The notes beneath the pieces were generated by a model that was not told the DNA's origin, made no database searches, and saw nothing but the letters and a program-made list of their open reading frames with translations. Below, in pieces: positions 38,449 through 48,590 of a stretch of DNA of 64,000 bases; the stretch's first letter is position 1, and each line of letters starts with the position of its first letter. The translations under genes were made by a program, and so were the position numbers. The DNA comes from a virus: IMG/VR virus record IMGVR_UViG_3300037459_000160, positions 1-64,000 of that record. One strand, 5' to 3'.

Positions 38449-38477
38449 TTGACAATAGACGTTAAGCCCGCGATAAT
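38449..38477 (+). promoter_or_regulatory. Sigma70-type promoter for the packaging operon
   Basis: TTGACA-17nt-GATAAT. Confidence 0.65.
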
Positions 38478-38514
38478 ATGCCGGGTTTACCGTCTTTTTG
38501 CGTTGAGGGACTGT

Positions 38515-39147
38515 ATGAGCGTTCCTACATTAGCCGAGACTTTGGGGCAACTTGACCAAACGCCCCCGGCCCCGAGTACGCCCGAGGAAAAGAAACGGGC
38601 CGAACTTTCTGACCTTAACGATGAGGAAAAGCGGGCTCAAGCGTATGCGTGGAAATTGCAGGGGCAATCAACCGAAGTAATTGCCCGAGCTTTTGGGATT
38701 GATTCTCGAACGATCCGCCGATGGTTCTTACGCACCGAAAGCGATTTTCGCGAACAGTTTGAGACGCAAACGGCCGCTAACATCATGTCCGAAAGCCTCT
38801 TGTTTCTCGGAAACATTGAGGAAATGGCAATGTATGAGGCCAATCAATCGGCCGGCGATGAACAAGAATACGACTTAAAATCGAGAAAGGTTAAGACCCC
38901 CAAAGAAGTCGAGCGAAACGCCAAACACATTACGGCTAAAATGCTAGTCGTCGCCCTAAAAGCTCGCGGGATGAAACTCGATTTGCTCTTGGAAACCGGT
39001 GTTTTACCCAAAGACCCCGGCCGGCTTTATCGGACGATGGAAAAAGAGGGAAACTTTGAACAAAGTGCCCACTCAAAATCTTCTCGTACGGCTGATCAAA
39101 TCCGTGATGATATGTTAAAGCTCGCCGAAGAAACTAAGCTAGTGTAG
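38515..39147 (+). CDS. Terminase small subunit (putative, HTH)
   Basis: HTH GQSTEVIARAFGIDSRTIRRW; directly upstream of the large terminase. Confidence 0.7.
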   Translation: MSVPTLAETLGQLDQTPPAPSTPEEKKRAELSDLNDEEKRAQAYAWKLQGQSTEVIARAFGIDSRTIRRWFLRTESDFREQFETQTAANIMSESLLFLGNIEEMAMYEANQSAGDEQEYDLKSRKVKTPKEVERNAKHITAKMLVVALKARGMKLDLLLETGVLPKDPGRLYRTMEKEGNFEQSAHSKSSRTADQIRDDMLKLAEETKLV

Positions 39148-39156
39148 GGGCGGGAA

Positions 39157-40848
39157 ATGGTAAGACCAACCGGGGCCGACGTACTCAAAGACATTGAGGC
39201 CCGAGAACTTCAAATCGGCGAAAAGCTCTTGCAACTTCGCAAACATCGCCTCACGTTTGCGGTTGATTATCACATTAACACTCGCGGCGAAAAAATGGAG
39301 TTTGCGAATTATCCGCACATTCGCGAACTTTATAACTCGCTTGCCCGTGAAATCGTTTTGCAAGGTTCGGTCCAATGTTTTAAGAGTGAGTGGGCAGTTA
39401 TTGACCATTTCGCGGCAGCTTATTCCGGCCTCTCCGTTTTCTACGTGTTGGCCAAGTATGAATCCCGCAACACGTATGTACAAAACCGGATCAATCGTTG
39501 TGTTGAGCAAGTGCCGGAATACAAAAAAATCATCGGCCGAGGATTCTTTGATAATATCGCCCTTAAGAGTTTCGGAACCGGCGTTGTAAAATACGTGGGT
39601 TCTAACGTGTTGAGTGATTTCAAGGAATTCCCGGCTGACATGATCATTATTGATGAGGTTGATGAGTGCGACCCGACAAACATTCAATTTGCCTTGGACC
39701 GTATGCGGGCCTCACAATATCAGTTTATTCGGCGGCTAGGTAACCCCAAGATTCGCGGTAAGGGGATAAATAAATTCTTCCTTATGTCGGATCAACGAGA
39801 ATGGGAGGTACCTTGCAAACAATGCGACGAATACGCCGAAATGGATTGGTTTAAAACCGTTGTTTCCGAGGTGGTTGACCAACACGGCAACATAATTGAT
39901 TACACGTTACGCGATACCGATTGGGCCATTGGATGCCGGCGAGACGTTAGAGCCATTTGTCCCGCGTGCGGGGGCGAACTTGACCGCACAAGCCAAGAGG
40001 GGCGTTGGGTTCCGAGAAATCCGGGGCACCCCGTACACGGTTATCATATCTCAATGTTATGTGCCCCTATTAACCCTATTTCCGGCATGTGGGATCGGTT
40101 TCAAAAGGCAATGAATGACCCCGGATTATTGAAGCAATTCTTTAATTCTGATTTGGGGTTGCCCTATTCATCGGCGGGCAACAAGGTAACAACAACCGTT
40201 TTGGATCGTTGCGTTGATGAAAGTTACGAGTTTGCTATACGCCCGAACGCGGGACACGTTAAGGCCGATTCGGACACCGGCCCGTGTTCAATGGGAATTG
40301 ATGTAGGTGCTAATTTTGATGTGCGTATCTCGCGGCTTGGGGCACGCGGGCAGCGGCGAGCGGTTTACATTGGAAAAGTACGGGCGAGCAACATTGATGA
40401 GCTTTATGATTTGATCGACCGATACAACGTTGAGAAAGCCGTTATGGATGCCGGGCCTGAGTTGATGCTTGCCCAAGATTTCCAAGATACGGCTAATTGT
40501 GATGTTTGGTTGTGCCGGTATCATCCCAATGAAGGCAGCGACCGAAAACGCACATTCCAAATTCACGATCGGGTTGTTTCGATTGATCGAACCGAGGCCC
40601 TTGACCGATCCTATGCCCAAATCAAAAAGAAAAAGAACATCCTTCCTTTCAATTATCAATCAATTTTAGATGGGAAGTTTGTTACGGAAATTTGCGTACC
40701 CGTACGCCAGATTACCGAGGATGCCAAAGGTAACAGTCGGTACGAGTGGACAAAAGGCGTAGACCATTGCCGGCATTCGGACACGTACGATATGCTCGCG
40801 GCCGGGTTGTTGATGGACGTTACGATTGATGATGTTTCTATAGGATAA
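39157..40848 (+). CDS. Terminase large subunit (GpA-like)
   Basis: Walker B IIIDEVD, CKQC/CPAC Zn motifs, GRWVPRNP..GYHIS, nuclease MGIDVG and DH. Confidence 0.92.
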   Translation: MVRPTGADVLKDIEARELQIGEKLLQLRKHRLTFAVDYHINTRGEKMEFANYPHIRELYNSLAREIVLQGSVQCFKSEWAVIDHFAAAYSGLSVFYVLAKYESRNTYVQNRINRCVEQVPEYKKIIGRGFFDNIALKSFGTGVVKYVGSNVLSDFKEFPADMIIIDEVDECDPTNIQFALDRMRASQYQFIRRLGNPKIRGKGINKFFLMSDQREWEVPCKQCDEYAEMDWFKTVVSEVVDQHGNIIDYTLRDTDWAIGCRRDVRAICPACGGELDRTSQEGRWVPRNPGHPVHGYHISMLCAPINPISGMWDRFQKAMNDPGLLKQFFNSDLGLPYSSAGNKVTTTVLDRCVDESYEFAIRPNAGHVKADSDTGPCSMGIDVGANFDVRISRLGARGQRRAVYIGKVRASNIDELYDLIDRYNVEKAVMDAGPELMLAQDFQDTANCDVWLCRYHPNEGSDRKRTFQIHDRVVSIDRTEALDRSYAQIKKKKNILPFNYQSILDGKFVTEICVPVRQITEDAKGNSRYEWTKGVDHCRHSDTYDMLAAGLLMDVTIDDVSIG

Positions 40849-40851
40849 GCC

Positions 40852-41427
40852 ATGCCATTTGCCGGATTTGAAGATTTCGCGGAGTGCGTAGCGGCTCAAC
40901 AAAAACGGGATAAGGGCAAGGAATCCGCCCGGCGTATTTGCGGAGCCTTACAAGCTCAAGTTGAGAAAACCGCTATTGATTCCTCATCGGTGCCGAATTC
41001 CGTTGTTGTTCAAAATCGCGAGCTTGCGGCCCAAGGGCTTAACGCGATGGTCAAGAAACGCGGGATGGGCCGAGGCGTTTTGGATAGTGGGTTTTTGAGT
41101 GTTCGCGAAATAATTATCATGCGAAATAATCGTATGAGGATGTTGGCGATTCGGGGGTTTAATCTAGTAGCGAAAGCGGCCGGGTTAAACCTTAAAGAGT
41201 TTCGCGGAACAACGGGCCGGGGCGGTATCAATAACCATAAACACGTTATTGACCTTGACGACCTTGGGAACGGGCTTACCTCAACGAATGAGGGCCATAA
41301 CCATAGGGTAATCAATTTCATTGTACAGCCCTCACCTAATGGACACGTTCACCCCTTGAGCCGATCTGACTTAAAAAGGGTTATGAGCAAGGCGGGCTTT
41401 ACCGCATTGCGTGAAATGATTGGGTAA
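40852..41427 (+). CDS. Putative internal head protein carrying a capsid-like peptide and HxH repeats
   Basis: MPFAGFEDFAECV...ICG N-domain; EKTAIDSSSVPNS; HKH/GHNH/GHVH; sits between terminase and portal. Confidence 0.7.
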   Translation: MPFAGFEDFAECVAAQQKRDKGKESARRICGALQAQVEKTAIDSSSVPNSVVVQNRELAAQGLNAMVKKRGMGRGVLDSGFLSVREIIIMRNNRMRMLAIRGFNLVAKAAGLNLKEFRGTTGRGGINNHKHVIDLDDLGNGLTSTNEGHNHRVINFIVQPSPNGHVHPLSRSDLKRVMSKAGFTALREMIG

Positions 41428-41430
41428 ACC

Positions 41431-43623
41431 ATGAGTGAGCAAGAACAAGCCGAGCTTGAGGCCGAGGCCGTCGAAAAGCTCAAGGATGATCCGGTTACGC
41501 CCGAGCAATCCGAGGCAACGTTGATTTCGGCGTTGGCCGATGCGGCGTATGAGACTTCCGAGGGCGATGAGCCCATAATTGAGGAAGTTTTCATAACGGA
41601 TGAGGAAACTATTGCCACGGCCGAGGATTTGATTAAGGAATTCACCCGAAAATCAATGCGATGTTTTGATGAAAGCCGCATTGTTTCGGATGAGGCAACA
41701 AGCCGGGGCTCAAGTGCCCTTTCGTTTTTGCTGGCGGGTAAGGGTGACAAGGAAAAAGAGCTTACCCAAAAGACCGCACGCGGTACGCAACAATCGGTAC
41801 GAGAACTTGGACGGGGTTCCATGGGTACCGATTTGGCGACAATCAAAGTCGTTGAGCCCCCATACCCGCCCGAGTTGCTCGCGGCGTTTCTTGAGGTTGA
41901 CGAAACGCATTTTCGTTGTGTACGGACCAAAGTTACCGATGCGATAGGGCGAGAGTTTGAGCTAGTTCCCACGGTAACGGTTGATCCCGATGAGAAGGAA
42001 GAAAAAGCGGGCCGCCCAAAGGCCCAAACACCCGATCCAAGGCCCCCACTGGGCAGCCTCGCGGACCCGACGCGGATTCTTGACCGAGATACTTCCGGCG
42101 TTAATCAAGGCCCCGGTGAGGCCCTTAACGATAACCGAACGCTTGTTGAGAAAATTGCAAAGGCTGGCGTTTCGGCGGTAAGCAACATTCAAAGGGAACA
42201 TACCCCAAAACGAACCGTCGTACCACAAGCCGAAGTTGACGCCGAGACTCAAGACATTGAAGATTTTATTGAGGATGCCAATGAGGTTCTCGGTTTTGAG
42301 GGCGTACTTGACCGAGCTTGTATGGATTATGAGGCGGTTGGGTGGGCAGCAATTGAAATTATCCGTTCGGCTGATTTCAAAATACGGCGGATTGCCCACG
42401 TACCCGCCCCCCGCGTGCGGGTGTTAAAAGGTTGGGCTGGATTCGTTGAGATTTTTGATAATACCGGGCTCAAGGGTAGCGTTGCGGGGGCTCATTTCCG
42501 ATATTATCAACCGTTCGGGAGTAAGGTCGTAATGCGGGCCGACGATCCGACAACGGGCGAAACGGTAGCGTACAACCCAAAAGACCACGGCCCTCTTGAC
42601 CCGGCAAAAGTTAAATGGAATCTTGTTGACCGCGAGACCGGCAAGCCAACCGAGGATATTTCTAGGGCGGCAAATGAAATCCTTTGGATTCCTAGGCATC
42701 ACGCAAATACGATTTATTATGGGTTTACCGATGTTGTGCCGGCCTTGGGTTGGTTACTTGCCAACGTTCATATTCGCGATTATCTGCTTTCATTTTTTGA
42801 ACACAACACGGTGCCCCGGTTCGCGGTAATCATCGAAGGGGCCAAGTTGAGCGAGCCGGTTAAGAAAGCGATTATGTCGTATTTCGGCACGCACGTTAAA
42901 GGCAAGGCTCACAAAACTTTGATTGTGCCGATTCCCGCGTTGCGAGGCGAGGTAAAGGTTAGGTTTGAAAAACTTGACGCGGACAACAAAGAGGGCAGTT
43001 TTCAGGATACGAAAAAGAACAACAGCCAAGGGATTATGACGGCTCATGGCGTAAGCCCGGCGATTATTGGTATTGCCGAATCGTCGGAATTAGGTTCGGG
43101 TAAGGGCTTGAGCCAAGCCGAAATTTACAAGGATAGGATTGTTACGCCAAGCCAACGCTATTGGGCTCGAAAACTTAACCGTATGTTTCGGCTCGGGCTT
43201 GGTACGACATTGGTTGCTATCAAGTTTAACCCGTTAGATATCCGAGACCGTAAAGCCGAACAAGAGGTTTTGACCGGGTATCTTAAAATGGGTGTTGCGA
43301 CGATTAACGAAGTACGCAAGCGGGCGGGGCTTGGTAAGCCTGTTGAGGGCGGGGATAGGGCTTTCGTAATTGTCGGAAACCAAATTATGTTTGTTGACGA
43401 ATTAACCGAGGCGATGGGTTCGGAATTGGAAGCCTTAACCGATGAACTTGAGCGTACGCAATCGGATATGGCGAACAAAGCCGCCGAGGAAAAGGGCCGC
43501 ATGGCGGGTGAGCGGCAAGCGGCGGCAGTTAATCCCCCCAGTGTGAGCAATGGCAACGGAAATCCCTCAACTCCTAATAAAGCCAACGGTAAGCAACCGG
43601 CAGCGGCAAAGGCGGGTTCGTAG
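41431..43623 (+). CDS. Portal protein
   Basis: EPPYPP, YYGF.D, FFEHNTVPR, AHGVSPAIIG, TINEVRKRAGLGKPVEGGD; gene position. Confidence 0.9.
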   Translation: MSEQEQAELEAEAVEKLKDDPVTPEQSEATLISALADAAYETSEGDEPIIEEVFITDEETIATAEDLIKEFTRKSMRCFDESRIVSDEATSRGSSALSFLLAGKGDKEKELTQKTARGTQQSVRELGRGSMGTDLATIKVVEPPYPPELLAAFLEVDETHFRCVRTKVTDAIGREFELVPTVTVDPDEKEEKAGRPKAQTPDPRPPLGSLADPTRILDRDTSGVNQGPGEALNDNRTLVEKIAKAGVSAVSNIQREHTPKRTVVPQAEVDAETQDIEDFIEDANEVLGFEGVLDRACMDYEAVGWAAIEIIRSADFKIRRIAHVPAPRVRVLKGWAGFVEIFDNTGLKGSVAGAHFRYYQPFGSKVVMRADDPTTGETVAYNPKDHGPLDPAKVKWNLVDRETGKPTEDISRAANEILWIPRHHANTIYYGFTDVVPALGWLLANVHIRDYLLSFFEHNTVPRFAVIIEGAKLSEPVKKAIMSYFGTHVKGKAHKTLIVPIPALRGEVKVRFEKLDADNKEGSFQDTKKNNSQGIMTAHGVSPAIIGIAESSELGSGKGLSQAEIYKDRIVTPSQRYWARKLNRMFRLGLGTTLVAIKFNPLDIRDRKAEQEVLTGYLKMGVATINEVRKRAGLGKPVEGGDRAFVIVGNQIMFVDELTEAMGSELEALTDELERTQSDMANKAAEEKGRMAGERQAAAVNPPSVSNGNGNPSTPNKANGKQPAAAKAGS

Positions 43624-46600
43624 ACTTAGCCGGTTGATTGTTGTTAAGGCGGCCTCAAGTGGAATTCGATTAAGACTTGAGCGAGACCTTGAGAACAAGT
43701 TACGGCGAATCATTCGCGAACTTTTCGCCGAATTACGGCAAAGCCTTTCCAGTAGATTCCTCCAAGGGATCGGCCGTCAAGCGAACCTGTTTAGGCGTAC
43801 CGCACGCGGGCCCGCACGCACACGCACGCGGGCAGCCAATGAGCTTACGCGGGCCTTCATGGGCCCTTTACGCGATGTGTTGCTCGATACCGAGCAACTT
43901 GCCGCGTTTCGTTATTGGCTCGGCATATCTCAAATACGGGCGTATGAGTATGGGGCGGTAACCGCGTTGCGGGCGATGGGATTTGCGGCAACCTCGCGAC
44001 GGGTTCAAGAGATTGAGAAACGCATTACGGTTTCAAAGGCGGCTGGCGATATCGTCTTTGAGTTGACCGATGCTGAGTTGATTAACGAGCTTGAGGGCCG
44101 GCCGATCGTAGTTGGGGCGGGCCTTGCCCCGGCCGTTGTTGAGGATGCCCGCAAGTTAATTCGGGATGAGTTGTTTTTGGGTAACGCCAGCACGGGTGAG
44201 GGCGGAATTTCCGATTTGATCTTGGCGGGCGGCCAAGTGCCGGAATACCGAGCGTTGCGGATTTCCCGAACCGAAACCCAATCCGCCTTTAATCAAGGAT
44301 TTTACAAAGTCGAACAGCGTTCGGGAATCAAAAAACATTCATGGGTGACGGTGGGCGATAGGCGAGTAAGGCCAGAACACGCAATGAATGAGGATTCTGG
44401 CGATATTCCCATTGGCGATCCTTTTGCGTCGTTGCAAATCCATCCCGGCGATCCCGGCCCACTGGTTTTACACGTTAATTGTCGGTGTTCACTTCAACCA
44501 GATTTATCCGATCCCAATATTTTGCTTGACCCGTGGGCGGGCGATTCCGGGGCCAACCTTAAGACCGATCCGACATTACCGGGCATTCCTCCAAAAATCG
44601 GCAAAATCAGGACCGCATTGAATCAAGCCCAAGCGAGGGCACGGGCAGCGATCCGAGCCGAGGGCGAGGCAATAAAGGCCAGGAAACTAGCCGAAGCCGG
44701 GGCCCAAGCAGCGGCCAAGAAAAAGACCGTTCAAGAATCTAAGGCGGTTGCAAGTACCAAGAGTGAGTTTGAGGCGATTGTTAAAAGTATTGATGCCGAT
44801 GATACATTTTTCAAGATTAGTCAACTTGGCGATAAGTTGAAAGGTTTGAGCAAGGCCGAGGCCCAAGAGCTTGCAAAACAACTAGGGTTTGTATCCAAGC
44901 AATCGTTTGCGACCAAGAAAAAAGCAATTCAAACCATTACGGGCGAGTTGAAAAAGTTTGCCAAATCGGCCGGGGATGTTAAGGGCGTTGATAAAGCCTT
45001 TGGAGAATTCGTATTTGCCACCAAGCCGGTTAGAGAGGCAGCGGAGCAAAAGTTTAAGGTGGAAGCCTTAGAGGATGTAAATAAAGCCAAGTCGGTTTTG
45101 AAAGGCAGTACCAAGGCGATTGACGTTGCCACGTTGGACGCGGCGACGGCGGCCGACTATGCGGAGTTTCTTGAGTGGCAAGCGGTGCAAGCTGGAAAAA
45201 CTCAGAGTTATGGCGTTGTTATCTTTGACGATCAAGGGCGGGTATTACTTCGGCGGGCCAAGGGGGATTTCGGCGGTACCCGTTGGTCATTTGCTAAGGG
45301 CGGGGGAACCAAGCCCGGTACAACGGCACTTAAAGAACTTGCGGAGGAAACCGGGCACCAAGCCAATATTACCGGGGCAATCAAAGGGGATTTTGAGGGC
45401 ACAACCACAAAAAATAACTACTTTGTTGGACGCAAAAAGGGCAAGTTTGATGCGGCCCTTATGGACGCGGAAACAGAGGAAGTGATTTGGGTAGATTTCA
45501 ATGAGGCAAAGAAACTCATAAAGCAATCCCCGAGTGAGTTGATTGTAAAACGTGATCTTGCCGTATTGGATGGGGCGTTTGATGAGATAAGCGGAAACTC
45601 AACAGCGTTAAAGGCGTTGGCAAAGAAAACCGAAACCAAGAAAAAGGTTGTCGATCTTGGCAAGCAACAAACGGCGGCGGCCGATGAGCTTATTGACGCG
45701 GCCAAGCAGTTACAAAAAGCCGCACAAGGCGACCCCGAGGCAGTAAGCAAGCTTTCCAAGGCCGTTAAGAATTTGAAAAAACTAGGCGTTTCCGATACCA
45801 AAATTCAAGAGCTTACCAAAGCGGGCATACAGGCGGGCAAGACCGCCAAGGCTCAAGGAATCCTTGACAATCTCAAAGGTAAGTTGCCAAAAACAATTGA
45901 TGAAATTGATAACGTGGTTGCCGAGCTTAAGAAGTTACAAGCCGGCCTCGGCGGGCTTGAGGCCGAAGTTGATGAGGCAGTTTCCAAAAAGCTCAAATCA
46001 CTCGGCAGCAAGAAAAGCCAACTCAAAAAGAAACTCAAACCAACAGCCAAGCCGGATGAGCCGGAAGTGCTAATAGCCCTAGACATACAAGCCCCAACGA
46101 CTCAAGCATTAAAGGAAGAATTTGAGGCAACGGTTACAAAATCGGAATTGGGTTCGTTATTTAGTCAAACCGAGGCTAAGTTACTTGCCGAGGATTTGAA
46201 AAACGCGGGCGTATCCGCCGACGAAATCGCCAAACTTCAAAAATCGGGAGTACAGGCGGGCAACGAGAAAAAGGCCAAGAGCTTTATTGAGGCTCAAACG
46301 GGAGCGGGCTTGCCCGATGGTCTGGATGATCTTAATGAGCTTGAGGATAAGGTTTTTGGCTTCCTCCAAAAGGGTTTCAAAGATCCCGCACTAGAAAAGA
46401 AATTTGAAGGGGCGTTAAAGAACATTGATTTGAAGAAAAAGGAAATCTTTGCGAAGCCGGCAGCCACGAAAGCCGAAATCAAAGCTCAAAATACCAAAGC
46501 TAACTCACTCGCCAATACTAACCCTCAATCGCTCCAAGATATTAAGGTTGTTGAGGAAGAATTGAAGGCGTTGCAAAATCTCGGTAATCTTAACCCGACT

Positions 46601-48169
46601 ACCGATTTTTCGGTTGACAGCAAGTTACAGGTACTCCAATTCAAGAAAAGCCAACTCCAAAAGAAAGCCGCGAAACCAACAACCGGGCCAACCTCGGCGG
46701 ATATTCTCAAGAAAGCTGAAGCGGCCGACGCGAAACTTAAAGCCGAGCTTGAGGCCCTTGATGATATTAAGATCATTACCGAACCGATTCCAAAACCGAT
46801 TAAGGTAGATTTGGCCGATTTCCCGCCCGCCGATAAACTTGGTCGGTTGGATGAACTTAAGACGCTACCCGGTTCCACGGGGGCCAAGTTGGTTCAAGAC
46901 CCGCGAACGGGCAAAAAGTATGTACTCAAACGCGGAAACCAAAAATTATCTAAAGAGGCTCGCGAGGCACATTTACGCGAGGAATTTCTTGCCGACGACC
47001 TTTACCGGGCGGCCGGCGTTGACGTACCGGCCGGCGTGTTGTATGAGACCGCGAGCGGGCCGGTAAAGCTAACGGAATTCATTGAGGGTACCGAAGATTT
47101 GGCAACCGTACTTGCTAAGGGCGGGTCAAGAGCCAAAAAGGTACTCACCAAAATACAAGGGGATTTTGCCGAGGATGCCCTATTCGCGAATTGGGATGTT
47201 ATCGGCTTGAGCCAGGATAATATTCTTGTAACCAAGACCGGTAAGGTTTTGAGAATTGATAACGGCGGGGCGTTAAGGTTCCGAGCCCAAGGGGCCCCCA
47301 AGGGTAGTCATTTTGGAAATGATGTTGGAGAACTTGCTAGTTTACGAAGCTCGGCGGCCGGGAAAGAAGTGTTTGGACAGTTGACCGATGAGGCAGTTGC
47401 CAAGCAGATTTTCGCGTTGCAATCAAAAAGGGAAGTAATACTTGCCACGATCAAAGACCGAGCGTTAAGAGCGACGATTTCTAAACGCTTAGACTCAATG
47501 AAAACTTGGGCCGATGATGTAATTGAGAAAATTGCAACACGAAAGAAGAATTTGGCTAGTGGTAGAAAACTTAGGCCCGGCGAATTCTCAAACGATCCCG
47601 TAGCTATTGACCCAAGAATTGAAAATCGGGCCACGTTTATAACACCCAAGGCGAAAAAGGCAGCCGAGGAAACGGCACCATTGCGAGAAATGACGAAAAA
47701 ACTTAGAGACTTGGGCCCGCGTGAACATTCGGCGATTGAGGACTATTCGGGTTCATCCTATAGAAGGCTCAATTCTAACTTGCGTAAGGGTAAAAGCCTT
47801 ACGGACGATCAATTACAAATGGTCAAGGGTATTGATGTCGGGCTTGCCGAGGTACCCTCGGCAGCTAAAGAACACCCGGTTGTATTTCGCAAGTTGGAGC
47901 AAGAGGGGCAAAAACTTGAGGCGTTCTTAGCTAAGCATCCCGAGGGCGGCATTGTCTCGTATAACGAATACCTTTCAACCTCATTTTCTAAAGGTACTTG
48001 GAGCGGGAATATTGAGTATGAAATAAGACACAAGACCGGCCGACGAATCAAAGAAATATCGTTGCATCGTAGTGAGGATGAGGTTTTGTTTGGTAGGGGA
48101 GCGGAATTTTTAGTTGAGAGAGTGGAACGGACGGGCAACCGGGTAAAGATTTTCCTAACGGAGTTGTAA
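43550..48169 (+). CDS. MuF (gp7-like) minor head protein fused to Nudix, PI3/4K-HipA-like kinase and ADP-ribosyltransferase domains (start uncertain)
   Basis: MuF: [28 protein letters not shown]; Nudix: [17 protein letters not shown]; kinase: GSTGA..YVLK, NWDVIG..DNIL..RIDNG; ART: VFR, YLSTS, EDEVL. Confidence 0.88.
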   Translation: MATEIPQLLIKPTVSNRQRQRRVRRLSRLIVVKAASSGIRLRLERDLENKLRRIIRELFAELRQSLSSRFLQGIGRQANLFRRTARGPARTRTRAANELTRAFMGPLRDVLLDTEQLAAFRYWLGISQIRAYEYGAVTALRAMGFAATSRRVQEIEKRITVSKAAGDIVFELTDAELINELEGRPIVVGAGLAPAVVEDARKLIRDELFLGNASTGEGGISDLILAGGQVPEYRALRISRTETQSAFNQGFYKVEQRSGIKKHSWVTVGDRRVRPEHAMNEDSGDIPIGDPFASLQIHPGDPGPLVLHVNCRCSLQPDLSDPNILLDPWAGDSGANLKTDPTLPGIPPKIGKIRTALNQAQARARAAIRAEGEAIKARKLAEAGAQAAAKKKTVQESKAVASTKSEFEAIVKSIDADDTFFKISQLGDKLKGLSKAEAQELAKQLGFVSKQSFATKKKAIQTITGELKKFAKSAGDVKGVDKAFGEFVFATKPVREAAEQKFKVEALEDVNKAKSVLKGSTKAIDVATLDAATAADYAEFLEWQAVQAGKTQSYGVVIFDDQGRVLLRRAKGDFGGTRWSFAKGGGTKPGTTALKELAEETGHQANITGAIKGDFEGTTTKNNYFVGRKKGKFDAALMDAETEEVIWVDFNEAKKLIKQSPSELIVKRDLAVLDGAFDEISGNSTALKALAKKTETKKKVVDLGKQQTAAADELIDAAKQLQKAAQGDPEAVSKLSKAVKNLKKLGVSDTKIQELTKAGIQAGKTAKAQGILDNLKGKLPKTIDEIDNVVAELKKLQAGLGGLEAEVDEAVSKKLKSLGSKKSQLKKKLKPTAKPDEPEVLIALDIQAPTTQALKEEFEATVTKSELGSLFSQTEAKLLAEDLKNAGVSADEIAKLQKSGVQAGNEKKAKSFIEAQTGAGLPDGLDDLNELEDKVFGFLQKGFKDPALEKKFEGALKNIDLKKKEIFAKPAATKAEIKAQNTKANSLANTNPQSLQDIKVVEEELKALQNLGNLNPTTDFSVDSKLQVLQFKKSQLQKKAAKPTTGPTSADILKKAEAADAKLKAELEALDDIKIITEPIPKPIKVDLADFPPADKLGRLDELKTLPGSTGAKLVQDPRTGKKYVLKRGNQKLSKEAREAHLREEFLADDLYRAAGVDVPAGVLYETASGPVKLTEFIEGTEDLATVLAKGGSRAKKVLTKIQGDFAEDALFANWDVIGLSQDNILVTKTGKVLRIDNGGALRFRAQGAPKGSHFGNDVGELASLRSSAAGKEVFGQLTDEAVAKQIFALQSKREVILATIKDRALRATISKRLDSMKTWADDVIEKIATRKKNLASGRKLRPGEFSNDPVAIDPRIENRATFITPKAKKAAEETAPLREMTKKLRDLGPREHSAIEDYSGSSYRRLNSNLRKGKSLTDDQLQMVKGIDVGLAEVPSAAKEHPVVFRKLEQEGQKLEAFLAKHPEGGIVSYNEYLSTSFSKGTWSGNIEYEIRHKTGRRIKEISLHRSEDEVLFGRGAEFLVERVERTGNRVKIFLTEL

Positions 48170-48171
48170 GC

Positions 48172-48480
48172 ATGGCAGTTGATAAAAAAGATGAGGCTCA
48201 CCAAGCCGAAAGGGACGCCGAACCGTTGATAAACGCGGTGCGGCAATGCAATGATTGCGTAAATCGGTATTGGGGAACGATTACTTGCCTAGCCTTTCCC
48301 GAGCGTATTCCCCACGACATTATCAACGGTGACCATGATCATAGGTTACCGTATCCCGATGCGGAAAACCCTACCGACCAAGGAATACGGTTTGAACTTA
48401 ATGAGGGATTGATTACCCGAGACCCAAACGAATTAGGTATGAAAACAGTTTTTAATTTTCCCCCGCCTATGGATTCCTGA
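48172..48480 (+). CDS. Cys/His small protein, candidate immunity partner of the MuF effector
   Basis: CNDC...[18 protein letters not shown]...DQGIRFE; directly after the ART domain. Confidence 0.7.
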   Translation: MAVDKKDEAHQAERDAEPLINAVRQCNDCVNRYWGTITCLAFPERIPHDIINGDHDHRLPYPDAENPTDQGIRFELNEGLITRDPNELGMKTVFNFPPPMDS

Positions 48481-48496
48481 GTGAAACCGGGTTCAC
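48481..48496. promoter_or_regulatory. 16-bp palindromic motif copy upstream of TTGACA (48523), before protease and capsid
   Basis: GTGAAACCGGGTTCAC. Confidence 0.75.
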
Positions 48497-48590
48497 TTTT
48501 TGAAAAATTTGTGTGTTAGGTATTGACAGTTGGGGCAATACCAGCGAAAATTTCCAAGATTCTAAATTTTCTTGCCGAGGGTAACGGATT

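Noticed and set aside
39340-39395. Inactive terminase because of the deviant Walker A (GSVQCFKSE)
   Set aside because: GpA-type terminases have atypical Walker A motifs, and the other motifs are intact
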